Below are positions 29,923-38,688 of a stretch of DNA of 64,000 bases, in pieces. The translations under genes and the position numbers were made by a program. Source of the stretch: a virus (lineage: Duplodnaviria > Caudoviricetes). A model generated the notes under the pieces. It worked only from the letters and a program-made list of their open reading frames with translations, searched no databases and was not told the origin of the DNA. The stretch is from positions 1 to 64,000 of the IMG/VR virus record IMGVR_UViG_2895791493_000001, one strand, 5' to 3'. How positions within the stretch are numbered: position 1 is the stretch's first letter; the number at the start of each line of letters is the position of its first letter.

Positions 29923-30281
29923 CAGCGGGCCGCCAGGGCGCGGCGCAGGGCAGCGTTGAAGTGCGCGGTGCGCGTACCGGGCAGCGCGCCCAGCGCCGTC
30001 CACTGGGCGTCTTCGATGTACACGCCGACCTGGGTGGGCGGGGCCGTCTCGCCGGTCCGGTACCGGCCGCTCCCATCACGCGGGCGGGCGAGGTCGGGTT
30101 CCGGGTCGAGGAGGTACGCGGCGAGCGCGTCGCGGACGAACGGGCTCTTCGGGCTGGGTACCTCGTTCCAGAGGTCCGGGTCGGCGTAGGGGTTGCGGCT
30201 GCGGCCGTTCTTCAGGATGTTGGGTCGCCCGCCGACTTTCGGGGCGGGGGCCGGGCTGGGGGTGGTGTCGCCGTCCGTCAT
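29922..30281 (-). CDS. tandem RHH-like putative repressor
   Basis: Two similar units (NPYADPDLW..FVRDALAAYL / GVYIEDAQW..FNAALRRAL); leaderless TATGCT-6-ATG. Confidence 0.55.
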   Translation of the reverse strand: MTDGDTTPSPAPAPKVGGRPNILKNGRSRNPYADPDLWNEVPSPKSPFVRDALAAYLLDPEPDLARPRDGSGRYRTGETAPPTQVGVYIEDAQWTALGALPGTRTAHFNAALRRALAAR

Positions 30282-30290
30282 GCGCCGAGC

Positions 30291-30314
30291 ATAACAAAAT
30301 ATATATCCTAGTGG
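30291..30314 (-). promoter_or_regulatory. third, partial copy of the operator (ATATATATCCTAGTGG)
   Basis: 16 contiguous matches, just upstream of the 30281 gene. Confidence 0.75.
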
Positions 30315-30378
30315 CGTGAGGGCTCAGGCCGTGAACAGCTCCGCCGGCAGTGGCCCCCACGCCTGCAGCTCGCCCTAC

Positions 30379-30543
30379 TCAGCAACCCGCGCAGGGATCG
30401 ACCAGCGCCACCGGCGCGCAGCCGTAACAGGGCGGACCGGCTGTCACCGTGCCCCACGCCAGCGCGGCCAGCAGGAGCAGCGCCATGCCCCAATACCGGA
30501 CTGCCAAGGGCCAAACCTGCAACTGTTCCACGCTGTGAGTCAT
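30379..30543 (-). CDS. 54-aa membrane peptide with CxxC..CxxC tail (not in the ORF track)
   Basis: TAGCCT-6nt-ATG; MALLLLAALAWG hydrophobic core; CYGC, CAGC. Confidence 0.4.
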   Translation of the reverse strand: MTHSVEQLQVWPLAVRYWGMALLLLAALAWGTVTAGPPCYGCAPVALVDPCAGC

Positions 30544-30674
30544 ACCCGCAGGCTACTCGCGTTTCTCGTCCGGCGCTGCTGGAAGTCGCTCCAGGGTCAG
30601 CCGGAAGCGCAGGGCGACCTCTGACGCGCAGAGGCCGCGCCCCATGTCCACCTCGTGTCAGCAGGCCCATCTGT

Positions 30675-30890
30675 TCAGGACTGAGCCAGCCACTTCTGCA
30701 GGTCACTCCACCCGCCGGTCCCGTACGCTTCCACGGTCTCCCCGTGCAGCTGCCGCCACTGCCACGTCCCGCCCTCACGGGTCATGGTGGCCAGGGCGCC
30801 GGTCGAACGGAGCGCGTGGTACAGCGTGCGCTCCTGAGTGGTCTGCGGGTCGGCAGGAAGCGGACGGCCGGGCTGGAAGGTCATGGTCAT
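30675..30890 (-). CDS. hypothetical protein
   Basis: MTMTFQPG... 3' part of ORF 30675..31289. Confidence 0.5.
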   Translation of the reverse strand: MTMTFQPGRPLPADPQTTQERTLYHALRSTGALATMTREGGTWQWRQLHGETVEAYGTGGWSDLQKWLAQS

Positions 30891-31174
30891 GCCGGCCAGG
30901 ATAGGCCCAGGCGCATCCGGCCTGTCTGGCCTTCCTGCCGACAGCACGCGGATGCCCGTCGCTGTCGCCCAGGCAGGTTCATGCGCCATCCGCGCGATTG
31001 ATAGACCAGGCCGCGCACGATCACTTTGAAATTCCGGACCGATCTGCCCGACCAACATCCCGCATCCCGCCCAGACGGAAGAGGGCATCCAGGCAGCATC
31101 AGAGCCTGCGACAGCGCAAGTGAACGGTCCCTGCCGAATCATGCAGACCAGCAGAGACCGCCAGAACCGCAAAG

Positions 31175-31591
31175 TTAGTCCGTTCGGGAATCGTTGCCAG
31201 GAACGGGCGGCACGACCTGCGACCCCTGCGCCTGAACGCGCGGCCCGCCCTGCTGCTCGGCGCGCTTCCGCAGGTACACGGCGATCCACTCAACTTCCCC
31301 GGCCACCTTCGACAGGTTGGCTTCCAGTCGGTCCAGGCGTTGCGTGATGTCCCGAACGCTCTTGGACGGAACCGGATCGGTGTACTGGCCAAGGGCGCGA
31401 CTGATCGCTTCCCGCCAATTTTTCGCCGAGTGGTTTTCCATGAACCGCGCCGCTTTTCTCAGATGCTCAACCGTCTCGGCGCTGAGCACACGCTCGTCTG
31501 GCTTGCCTGACGCGGCGAAGTACTCTCTGCATTTTTTAGACATTACGCTGGCGTCGAGTCCCAATTCTCGCGCAAGTTCCGACTTCAACAT
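31175..31591 (-). CDS. HTH + coiled-coil protein
   Basis: KSELARELGLDASVMSK HTH; leaderless start. Confidence 0.65.
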   Translation of the reverse strand: MLKSELARELGLDASVMSKKCREYFAASGKPDERVLSAETVEHLRKAARFMENHSAKNWREAISRALGQYTDPVPSKSVRDITQRLDRLEANLSKVAGEVEWIAVYLRKRAEQQGGPRVQAQGSQVVPPVPGNDSRTD

Positions 31592-31846
31592 GCCTGACGA
31601 TAGTCGAACAGACGTCATTCTGCTGTGAACTTTCACGCGTATGTCTAACGAGTGGGTTGGTGTCTGATTCCAGGCTGGACGTAGCTTGACAGACCGTCCA
31701 ACTTGCAAAGCGATGAGTTTTTCGCCATACAAAAAACTCATCACACCCATTCCGAGCCGCGCCGCCCCCAACCGGATTGCCCTCGCCCTGCACGAGCGGC
31801 GCGGGTTCTTCACAGCATTTTCGGATGCCGGAGGCCATGATGCGGC

Positions 31847-32545
31847 ATGGACAGCGCCCAGCAGTTCCACCCAGCAGCGCAGCGGGCCCAGACGCGGACG
31901 CTCTTTCGGCATCACCGGGTGGTGACGACCGTGCAGCTGGAGCGGCTGGAGTTGATGCGCGCGGCGGACACGCTGCGGCTGCCGCGCGTCGACCTGGATG
32001 TCCGGACGCAATCGGATCAGGCCAGCAGCCTGACCGGCGTCACGTTCGTCGCGGCTGACGAGCGCTGGTTGAGGCAACCGCCCCGCGAGTTGCTACATCA
32101 CTCACTGCTGGCCGAAACGCACGTCCGGCTGATTGGAGAGAGTGCGCTCCCAGTCCCCCATCCGAGTTTCGAGTACCTGGACCTGCGGGGGCGCTCGGGC
32201 GTCTGGCCGGACGCGCAGTTCCGGTTACCGGCAGGGGGCGGCCACGACTGGTCGGTGGAGGTTGACACCGGGTACTCACCCAAGCGCAGGGACCAGAAAC
32301 TAATCGCTGCGGCTCAGGACGGGTACGGCACGCTGGTCTGGGCGACCAGCGTGCACGGCCGCGTGGAGAAAGTCGCGCGGCGCATCCGTGAACTGCACCG
32401 CGCACGAGAACTCCGGCAGGTGCAGCAGGCGATCGTGCTGTACGTGAATGTGCACACCGCCGACCGGGATCCGTACGCGCCGCGCCGCCGCCTCAACAAG
32501 TCGAGCCTAATCCACATTGACCTGGCCGGGTCGGCGGACGAGTGA
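31847..32545 (+). CDS. Replic_Relax-like PD-(D/E)XK-fold protein
   Basis: LLHH..LAE, WPDA, VEVDTG motifs. Confidence 0.6.
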   Translation: MDSAQQFHPAAQRAQTRTLFRHHRVVTTVQLERLELMRAADTLRLPRVDLDVRTQSDQASSLTGVTFVAADERWLRQPPRELLHHSLLAETHVRLIGESALPVPHPSFEYLDLRGRSGVWPDAQFRLPAGGGHDWSVEVDTGYSPKRRDQKLIAAAQDGYGTLVWATSVHGRVEKVARRIRELHRARELRQVQQAIVLYVNVHTADRDPYAPRRRLNKSSLIHIDLAGSADE

Positions 32546-33265
32546 CGGCAGGGGCAACGTGAACACCGTGATCACTGGGTGGAAGGGGGCGTCGGGGCAG
32601 TTCCCGCGCTGGCGCCGATCCCGAGCATCCTCGTTGACCCGTCGCACGTAGGCGCGCAGGGCAGCGGTCTCCTCAGGCACGACAAGCAGGAGCGGGGAGT
32701 GCCAGTAGCCGGCGATGTGCGTGCCGTGCAACTTGAGCAACCCGCGCGCCTCGGTCACCTTGATGCCGCCGCCTGAGCAACGGGCGTACAGGCGCGGCTC
32801 CCCCAGCATTTCCAAACGGGTTCCGTCCTCCCGAGTACGCCGGTTGCCGGTGTACCGGTTCTGCAGGGGCCAGTACTCCTCCTCGGGCACACGCATGTAG
32901 GCGCTGGTGATGTGACCGGTCAGGCCCTGGTCGCGATATGCCTTGTAGTTCCACTCGACCCACTCGTACCCGAGTTTCTGTAGAAGCTGCACGGCGTCCA
33001 TCATGTACGCCCGGTCCGCCAGGGAGGCCGGTCCGCGCAGCCGGTACTGGATCCCTGCACGCTGGAGTTCGGAGTCCGTCAGGGTCAGGACCGGGCCGTA
33101 CGTGGTCCGCACCTCACGGATCGCACCACGTGTGAGCAGGCCTCCCCAGTTGACTCGGGGGCCGTAGGTCGCCGTGATGCGGCGGCTCGTCAGGGCCACG
33201 CAGTCCCGCAGAGCGCCGAGTACTGCCTGCTCGTTCTGCTCTTTCCGGGTGCCCTCCTCCGACAT
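32507..33265 (-). CDS. hypothetical protein (wHTH-like N-terminus; possible inactive Replic_Relax relative)
   Basis: Leaderless TACTGT-5-ATG; 3' overlap with the previous gene. Confidence 0.6.
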   Translation of the reverse strand: MSEEGTRKEQNEQAVLGALRDCVALTSRRITATYGPRVNWGGLLTRGAIREVRTTYGPVLTLTDSELQRAGIQYRLRGPASLADRAYMMDAVQLLQKLGYEWVEWNYKAYRDQGLTGHITSAYMRVPEEEYWPLQNRYTGNRRTREDGTRLEMLGEPRLYARCSGGGIKVTEARGLLKLHGTHIAGYWHSPLLLVVPEETAALRAYVRRVNEDARDRRQRGNCPDAPFHPVITVFTLPLPSLVRRPGQVNVD

Positions 33266-33372
33266 GCCGCACAGTAGAGCGGCCGTCAACTCGGCGGCTG
33301 CGAAAAACCCCTCCTCCAAACCCGTGAGGCCCGGCCTGCCGGCCGGGTGGAGAGCGGCGGAGGAAATCCGCT

Positions 33373-34458
33373 GTGAAAAAGAAGGACAAGAAGAACCGCA
33401 ATCTGAAGAACAAGGACAAGCCCACCTCACCGCCCGCCGAGTTCGTGGCGCCCGCCCCGCACGTGTGGGTGGAAGTGGACATCGAATGGGACTCCCTGGA
33501 CAAGGCGGCCCGCCGGCGCCTGGTCCTGCAGGCCCTGGAGGACGGGGACATCGACGTGCTGTGGAGTGCGACGCATCACAACCTGCTGCTGTACGGACGC
33601 GGTGGCAGTCACACCAGCCAGCACACCGTGCGCGGGTACCGGACCGGCGTGGCTGCCTTCCTGGCGTTCGCGTTGCCGCTCGGATGGCAGAGGATGACGG
33701 ACCACGACACGGACCTGACGATCGGGTACCTGCGGGCGCTGGAGCGCACCGGCCTGACCCCCGGCACCATCAACGCCCGCCGGTCAGCCGCCCGCGCCCT
33801 GTACCGGGCACTCCGCTGGGCGGGCGTGCTGTTGGCGGATCCGTTTGCGGACACGCCGCGCGTGGCGGACCGCGAGGACCGCTGGGCGAAACGCGAGGCC
33901 TACTCACGGGAGGACATCGCGGCGCTGCTGGCGGTGGCCACGCCGGAGGAGCAGCGCATGATCCTGCTGGGCAGCCACGCGGCGCTGCGGATGTCGGAGA
34001 TGACCAGCCTCACGTGGGACGCCGTGGACCTCGCGAAGAAGGTCATGGTCGTGACCGGCAAGGGAAGGAAAACGGCGCGGGTGCACCTCAGCGGCCCCCT
34101 TCACGCGGCGCTGTCCGCCGTGCCGGCAGGGGAGCGGGAGGGGCACGTGCTGCCGTGGCAGGACCCGAAGACGATCCGGGTGTTGTTGCGGGCCCTGTGC
34201 AGTCTGGCCGGCGTGCAGTACGCCCGGAGGCAGGTGCACGGGCTGCGGCATGCGGCGGCGACCATGCTGCTGGCTCAGACGGGTGACATCTACGTGGTGT
34301 CCCGTCACCTGCGGCACTCGTCGATCAGCAGTACTGAGATCTATGCCAAACTCAGCAGCACCAAGCTCAGCGATGCCCTGGACGCCTGGGACGCCCCCGA
34401 GCCTCCGGAAGACGACGCGCCCGCGACGCCGGACGAAGACGACGAGGCGGCCGACTGA
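33373..34458 (+). CDS. tyrosine recombinase/integrase (XerC/D-like)
   Basis: Catalytic R (ALRMSE), K (GKG), HGLRH, LRH and Y (TEIY). Confidence 0.93.
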   Translation: MKKKDKKNRNLKNKDKPTSPPAEFVAPAPHVWVEVDIEWDSLDKAARRRLVLQALEDGDIDVLWSATHHNLLLYGRGGSHTSQHTVRGYRTGVAAFLAFALPLGWQRMTDHDTDLTIGYLRALERTGLTPGTINARRSAARALYRALRWAGVLLADPFADTPRVADREDRWAKREAYSREDIAALLAVATPEEQRMILLGSHAALRMSEMTSLTWDAVDLAKKVMVVTGKGRKTARVHLSGPLHAALSAVPAGEREGHVLPWQDPKTIRVLLRALCSLAGVQYARRQVHGLRHAAATMLLAQTGDIYVVSRHLRHSSISSTEIYAKLSSTKLSDALDAWDAPEPPEDDAPATPDEDDEAAD

Positions 34459-34477
34459 GGAGGCCTGAAACGACGAA

Positions 34478-34520
34478 AGGCCCCACCCGCCCCGGCCGAA
34501 GCTGGGAGCGGGTGGGGCCT
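34478..34520. terminator. bidirectional terminator hairpin
   Basis: AGGCCCCACCCGC...GCGGGTGGGGCCT between convergent units. Confidence 0.75.
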
Positions 34521-34642
34521 CGATTGTTGGATGTCGGATGTTGGAAGCACAAACCCCACGCGTGCTGGAGCGGGCGCAGCCACGCGGGATTGATGCGGGA
34601 TTGATGACGACGGAAGGCGAACGCCACAAAGGCGCAATACGG

Positions 34643-34951
34643 TCAGGTGCCCGGCCAGTCCGGAAGCGGCACGGTCTGACCGGCCAGGGCGTGCGTGCAG
34701 TCGGACAGGAACACGATGTGCCCCGCCGGCGCGCCACCCATCCCAACGAACGAATGGCAGACCCGCCGCCCATCCGGGTACTCGGCCTGCACCAGGACCG
34801 AGGGGCTGAACACCGGCGCATCCAGGTCCCCGTTGAAGGTCCAGGCACCCGGCCCGCGCGTCGTGACCGCATGCGGCCCCTGGCAGCCCGGGCACCAGAA
34901 CGTCAGGCCCTCACGCTCCCCGGCCCGATCCCCCCAGCGGCGCAGTTTCAC
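34643..34951 (-). CDS. DUF6527-like Cys/His protein
   Basis: WCPGC..H, WTFNGDLDAPVFSPS, CHSFV, DCTH. Confidence 0.75.
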   Translation of the reverse strand: MKLRRWGDRAGEREGLTFWCPGCQGPHAVTTRGPGAWTFNGDLDAPVFSPSVLVQAEYPDGRRVCHSFVGMGGAPAGHIVFLSDCTHALAGQTVPLPDWPGT

Positions 34952-35061
34952 GCTGCCCCTGCCGCGACCTGGGCGGGCACGTCGAACAGCGGGCGGTCCA
35001 CATCACACCCGGCCGCCTGGGCGATCAGCAGCAGCGCCGTGAGCAACTGGCGGAGGCTCAC
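34948..35061 (-). CDS. 37-aa lipoprotein, spanin-like candidate (not in the ORF track)
   Basis: MSLRQLLTALLLIAQAAG|C lipobox; GTGA-coupled at both ends. Confidence 0.55.
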   Translation of the reverse strand: MSLRQLLTALLLIAQAAGCDVDRPLFDVPAQVAAGAA

Positions 35062-35444
35062 GCGCCGCGCTCGATGGTCACGGTCGGCGCGGCGTCCGTG
35101 GGAGCATCAGCGCCGGACTTCCGGGTGGCTTTGACCTGCACGTTCACGTCCCGCTCGTAATCACCCGTCGCCTTCAGGTACGCCAGCGCAGCAGCCACGA
35201 CCGCGTTCCCGACGCCGCGCAGATCCAGGGTGTACGCGCCGGTCGCGAAGCCCAGCGCGACGACCACCAGGACGGTCAGGATCTTGGCGACCATGCGCGT
35301 ACTGGGGCCGGTCGTCTTCAGCCAGCGTTTAGCGACGGCGGTCAGCGGGCCGACCAGGCGCGGCGCGAGGTACGCGATCACGGCCGTCACGAGTTCCGGC
35401 GGAATGCCCGCCTGCGTCAGTTGTGCGTTCAAATCCTGATCCAT
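35058..35444 (-). CDS. holin-like membrane protein
   Basis: 2-3 TM segments directly after the endolysin. Confidence 0.65.
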   Translation of the reverse strand: MDQDLNAQLTQAGIPPELVTAVIAYLAPRLVGPLTAVAKRWLKTTGPSTRMVAKILTVLVVVALGFATGAYTLDLRGVGNAVVAAALAYLKATGDYERDVNVQVKATRKSGADAPTDAAPTVTIERGA

Positions 35445-36235
35445 ACGTCACCGTCCTCTTCGGTCGCGTTGATGACGACCGTCTTCGCGTTCTTGATTTC
35501 CACGCGGGCGCCACTGATGTCCTCCCATGGCTGCCCACCCTGGCTCAGCAGCACGCGCCGCTGCCCAGGCGCGGGATCCGGGGCAGGGGCAGGGGCAGGG
35601 GCTGCCGGGGCGGGCGTGTCCGGCAGGGCCGCCAGGGCCCGGCGGTAGTAGACGCGGACCTCCTTGATGCCCAACATGGCCGGGCCGTTCACCATGCGCC
35701 GCGTCTCGTTGATGTCCCCTGCGTCCGCCGGGCCGTTGCATCCACGTTTCACCCAGTAGTTCGCCGCAGTTCGGGCGCTCACCAGGGCGTCGTTGATGCG
35801 CTCCGGCTGGCGCGAGAGATCCACTCCGGCCGGACTGTACGACTCGAACAGCGCCCGGCCCGTCAGTTGGATGTACCCGGCGCCCCTGAATGCCCAGCCG
35901 TCGCCGCTGGCCTCGTTGCCGTTGCCCAGGCGGTTCGCGTACACGCGGTTCGCGCAGGCCACCTCGTTCCGGACGTACGGCCGCGCAGCTGCCGCGCTGC
36001 CCCGGAAGGCCGTGCGAAAAATCGCGGCCAGTCGGGCCGGATCTGTGTAATACACGCTCTCCCGGACGTTCCGGAAGCCGCACTCGTGCGCGATATTGGC
36101 CAGCCACGCTGCGAGGCGCAGGCGGGTCGTGATGCCGTACTCCTGCGCCGCGGCGCTCAGGACGCGGGCGGCCAGTTCCGCATCAGCGGGCGCTGTCCCG
36201 GGCCGGATGGTTTGGAGCTGTCTTGCAGTGATCAT
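35429..36235 (-). CDS. GH19 chitinase-like endolysin
   Basis: LANIAHECG, YANRLGNG, GDGWAFRGAGYIQLTGR, VNG. Confidence 0.9.
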   Translation of the reverse strand: MITARQLQTIRPGTAPADAELAARVLSAAAQEYGITTRLRLAAWLANIAHECGFRNVRESVYYTDPARLAAIFRTAFRGSAAAARPYVRNEVACANRVYANRLGNGNEASGDGWAFRGAGYIQLTGRALFESYSPAGVDLSRQPERINDALVSARTAANYWVKRGCNGPADAGDINETRRMVNGPAMLGIKEVRVYYRRALAALPDTPAPAAPAPAPAPDPAPGQRRVLLSQGGQPWEDISGARVEIKNAKTVVINATEEDGDVWIRI

Positions 36236-36585
36236 TTCAACCTCCCGGCGGGCACCCAGGCCCGCCCGTTCCAGTACTCGACGGACCAGCTGCGGCCCAC
36301 CCATTCGTTGCGGACGCCGCCGCTCGGGATCTCCCACGCGCCTCGCAGCGGGTAGATCGGCTGGTACGGCCCCTCGGCGTTCAGGACGCTGCGTTTGCGC
36401 GCGCGGACCACGCCCCGGGCCGGGCAGTCCACGGCGGGGCGGATGGCGAGCCGTTCGACGATGCCGAGGGTCGCGGTGCGCTCGACGGTCGCCGCGCAGT
36501 ACGTCGCTGGCGTCGGGAGCCGCTGGGCGATCAGGCCGCCGCTGACGGCGAGGGCCACTCCGGCCAGGACGGTCCGGCCGATCAC
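36232..36585 (-). CDS. exported/membrane-anchored protein in the lysis cassette
   Basis: N-terminal hydrophobic segment; coupled at both ends. Confidence 0.6.
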   Translation of the reverse strand: MIGRTVLAGVALAVSGGLIAQRLPTPATYCAATVERTATLGIVERLAIRPAVDCPARGVVRARKRSVLNAEGPYQPIYPLRGAWEIPSGGVRNEWVGRSWSVEYWNGRAWVPAGRLK

Positions 36586-37055
36586 GCGGTCCGCTGCTGC
36601 ACCCTGGACTGCACGCGGATCACCTCCTGCAGGAGGCTGCAACCCCGGCCGATGCCGAGGCACAGGGCCGCCAGTCCGGCGTAGATGACCAGCAGGTACA
36701 GCGTCAGGTGCCCCAGGGGACTCCCGGCCACCTGCCCCGCCAGGATCTGCCCGCCGAGACAGATGATCAGCAGCGCGACCCCCGCCACGGCGCTGATCAC
36801 GGCTGGCCGCCAACGTTCCAGGCCGCCGTACTCCAGCAGCGCCAGGATGGTGAGGGGCGGGTGCGTGCGCCGGGCTTCCAGGACGACCGCCACGATCCGC
36901 TGGGCGAGCATGGCCAGCAGCGCGATGATCAGCACCCGGTAGATGCTCACCGCCAGGTACGACCACTCCGGATCGGCGATCAACGGCGTGTTCATGAGGG
37001 CGTCCAGGGCTCGGGTGGTGTCGACGAGTGCGGCGTGCCAGGGGCTGTCAGTCAT
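36582..37055 (-). CDS. membrane protein (3 TM)
   Basis: Hydrophobic helices; lysis operon. Confidence 0.7.
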   Translation of the reverse strand: MTDSPWHAALVDTTRALDALMNTPLIADPEWSYLAVSIYRVLIIALLAMLAQRIVAVVLEARRTHPPLTILALLEYGGLERWRPAVISAVAGVALLIICLGGQILAGQVAGSPLGHLTLYLLVIYAGLAALCLGIGRGCSLLQEVIRVQSRVQQRTA

Positions 37056-37371
37056 GAGGGTCTCCTTTGCGCCAGCGGATGGCGAGGGCCAGCAGCAGCC
37101 ACGTGACGGCGACCGCGCCGACCACCCGACCGAACGCGCTCGGATCGGCGGTCCGGGCGGGCAGTTGCAGTAACAGGGCGGCCGCGAGCGCCAGTGAGCC
37201 CCAGCGGATGCCGGGGGCGGGGTGGTGGCGCAGGCGGCGGGCCGTGATGACGCTCACGCCGGTCATGACGACCGTGACGCTCGCGAGAATGACGGGCGGC
37301 CCGATGATCCAGCGGTTCAGGTCCACTGCGGCGATGTACAGCGCGATCAGCAGGTCAAGCACGACCGTCAC
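37048..37371 (-). CDS. membrane protein
   Basis: Hydrophobic; lysis operon. Confidence 0.65.
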   Translation of the reverse strand: MTVVLDLLIALYIAAVDLNRWIIGPPVILASVTVVMTGVSVITARRLRHHPAPGIRWGSLALAAALLLQLPARTADPSAFGRVVGAVAVTWLLLALAIRWRKGDPHD

Positions 37372-37726
37372 CTCCGGGCGGCGCGGACGGGTCCGGCGGG
37401 TCCAGCGGGGCCGGCGGGGGCGCGTCGGGGATGTACTTCTGCACGCCGTACCGCGCGGCGAGCAGGAGCCCGGTCGGGCCGTACGCGAAGCCGACGATGC
37501 ACGCGCCGATGGCCTTGCTCATCACGTCCAGCGCGCCCTGCGACACCCAGTCCAGGCCCCGCTCGACGCCGGCGCCGACGACGAACGTGGCGACCATCTC
37601 CGCGAAGAGCTTGCCGGGCGGGACGCGGCGGGCGCGGGTAACAACCCCGGCCCAGTGAAGAAACGCGGCGCTGAGGCCGCAGCCGATGGTGGTGGCGGCC
37701 TGCAAACCGATCAGTTCAGCGGCCAT
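37355..37726 (-). CDS. holin-like membrane protein
   Basis: SD AGGAGG; 3 TM segments. Confidence 0.65.
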   Translation of the reverse strand: MAAELIGLQAATTIGCGLSAAFLHWAGVVTRARRVPPGKLFAEMVATFVVGAGVERGLDWVSQGALDVMSKAIGACIVGFAYGPTGLLLAARYGVQKYIPDAPPPAPLDPPDPSAPPGGDGRA

Positions 37727-37911
37727 CCAACACCTCCTACGTGCTGTCTACACAACATCTGGTCTCTCCTGGCAGCTTTTTTGCCGCGTGGAGCGCATGA
37801 TTCGAGGCAGGACAGGGGGCGCGATCCCCTGTCCGCTGCTGTTGGTGCCCTGTCCGCTGCTCCTGACGGCCGTGAACCTCGCGCCGGTCAGGGGCAGCGC
37901 GAGGAATGAAG

Positions 37912-37935
37912 AACCCCCGCGCAGCGGCGGGGGTA
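37912..37935 (-). terminator. intrinsic terminator
   Basis: CCCCCGC...GCGGGGG followed by TTCTT on the - strand. Confidence 0.55.
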
Positions 37936-37961
37936 CCGGACTACTCAGGCGGTTCGTGTGT

Positions 37962-38468
37962 TCAGAGGCTGAAGGGGATGTCGTTCGGGTGGGGCGGGGC
38001 AGCGCATCTCGAAGGAGTCGGGTCTTTCCAGCCCAGGGCGCGCAGGCTCTCCCCGCAGGCCCGCAGGTACGCCTGGGCGTACCCTTCAGGCCAGCGTTCG
38101 AGCAACTGGTGCGTGTAAGCGTCATCACTTCGAGGATCCGCGAACACCCGGAGGTACCGGGCCTGCAGGCAGTGCCCGGCCTCGTGCGCTGCCATCCGCG
38201 CCAGTTCCGACCGGACCGCAGTTGGATCGATGTCCACCACGCAGCTCGTGCCGCCCGGCAGCGCATGCGCGTGCCCACTGGGAGCTCGGTAGCGTCCGTC
38301 TGCGTCATACACCGGCCCGCCAAGGGCGCCCGGTTCCGTCCAGCGCCAGGTGATGGCGACCCCGTGCACTTCGGTGGTCCACTGGGCGTTGTCGCGGGGC
38401 GGGGCGGTCACGCTGCAACCAGCGAGGCCCAGGGCGAGTGCGGCGGCGGACAGGATGCGCTTGATCAT
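37962..38468 (-). CDS. lipoprotein with HEXXH zinc-metallopeptidase motif
   Basis: LAG|C lipobox; HEAGH and a downstream E. Confidence 0.75.
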   Translation of the reverse strand: MIKRILSAAALALGLAGCSVTAPPRDNAQWTTEVHGVAITWRWTEPGALGGPVYDADGRYRAPSGHAHALPGGTSCVVDIDPTAVRSELARMAAHEAGHCLQARYLRVFADPRSDDAYTHQLLERWPEGYAQAYLRACGESLRALGWKDPTPSRCAAPPHPNDIPFSL

Positions 38469-38688
38469 GGGTGGACCTCCAGAGGAAAGGCCCGCCGCAG
38501 GGCCTGCGGGCGGGACGGGAAGGCGACCCCAGCGTGAACTGTGGGCCGGACGGCTTGTCTTGATTCCACCATTTCGGTTGAATCTTTGTCAAGGCGTGCA
38601 CGGGAGACACCCGGACGTCCAGGCTCCCGCGCCGCCATGACGTCCACCACTTCGGGAGAACACCAACTGGAGGGCTACCTTGAGAGGA

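Noticed and set aside
34550-34610. CCCCACGCGTG resembling a type I-E CRISPR repeat
   Set aside because: Single partial match with no closing GGGG arm and no repeat-spacer periodicity
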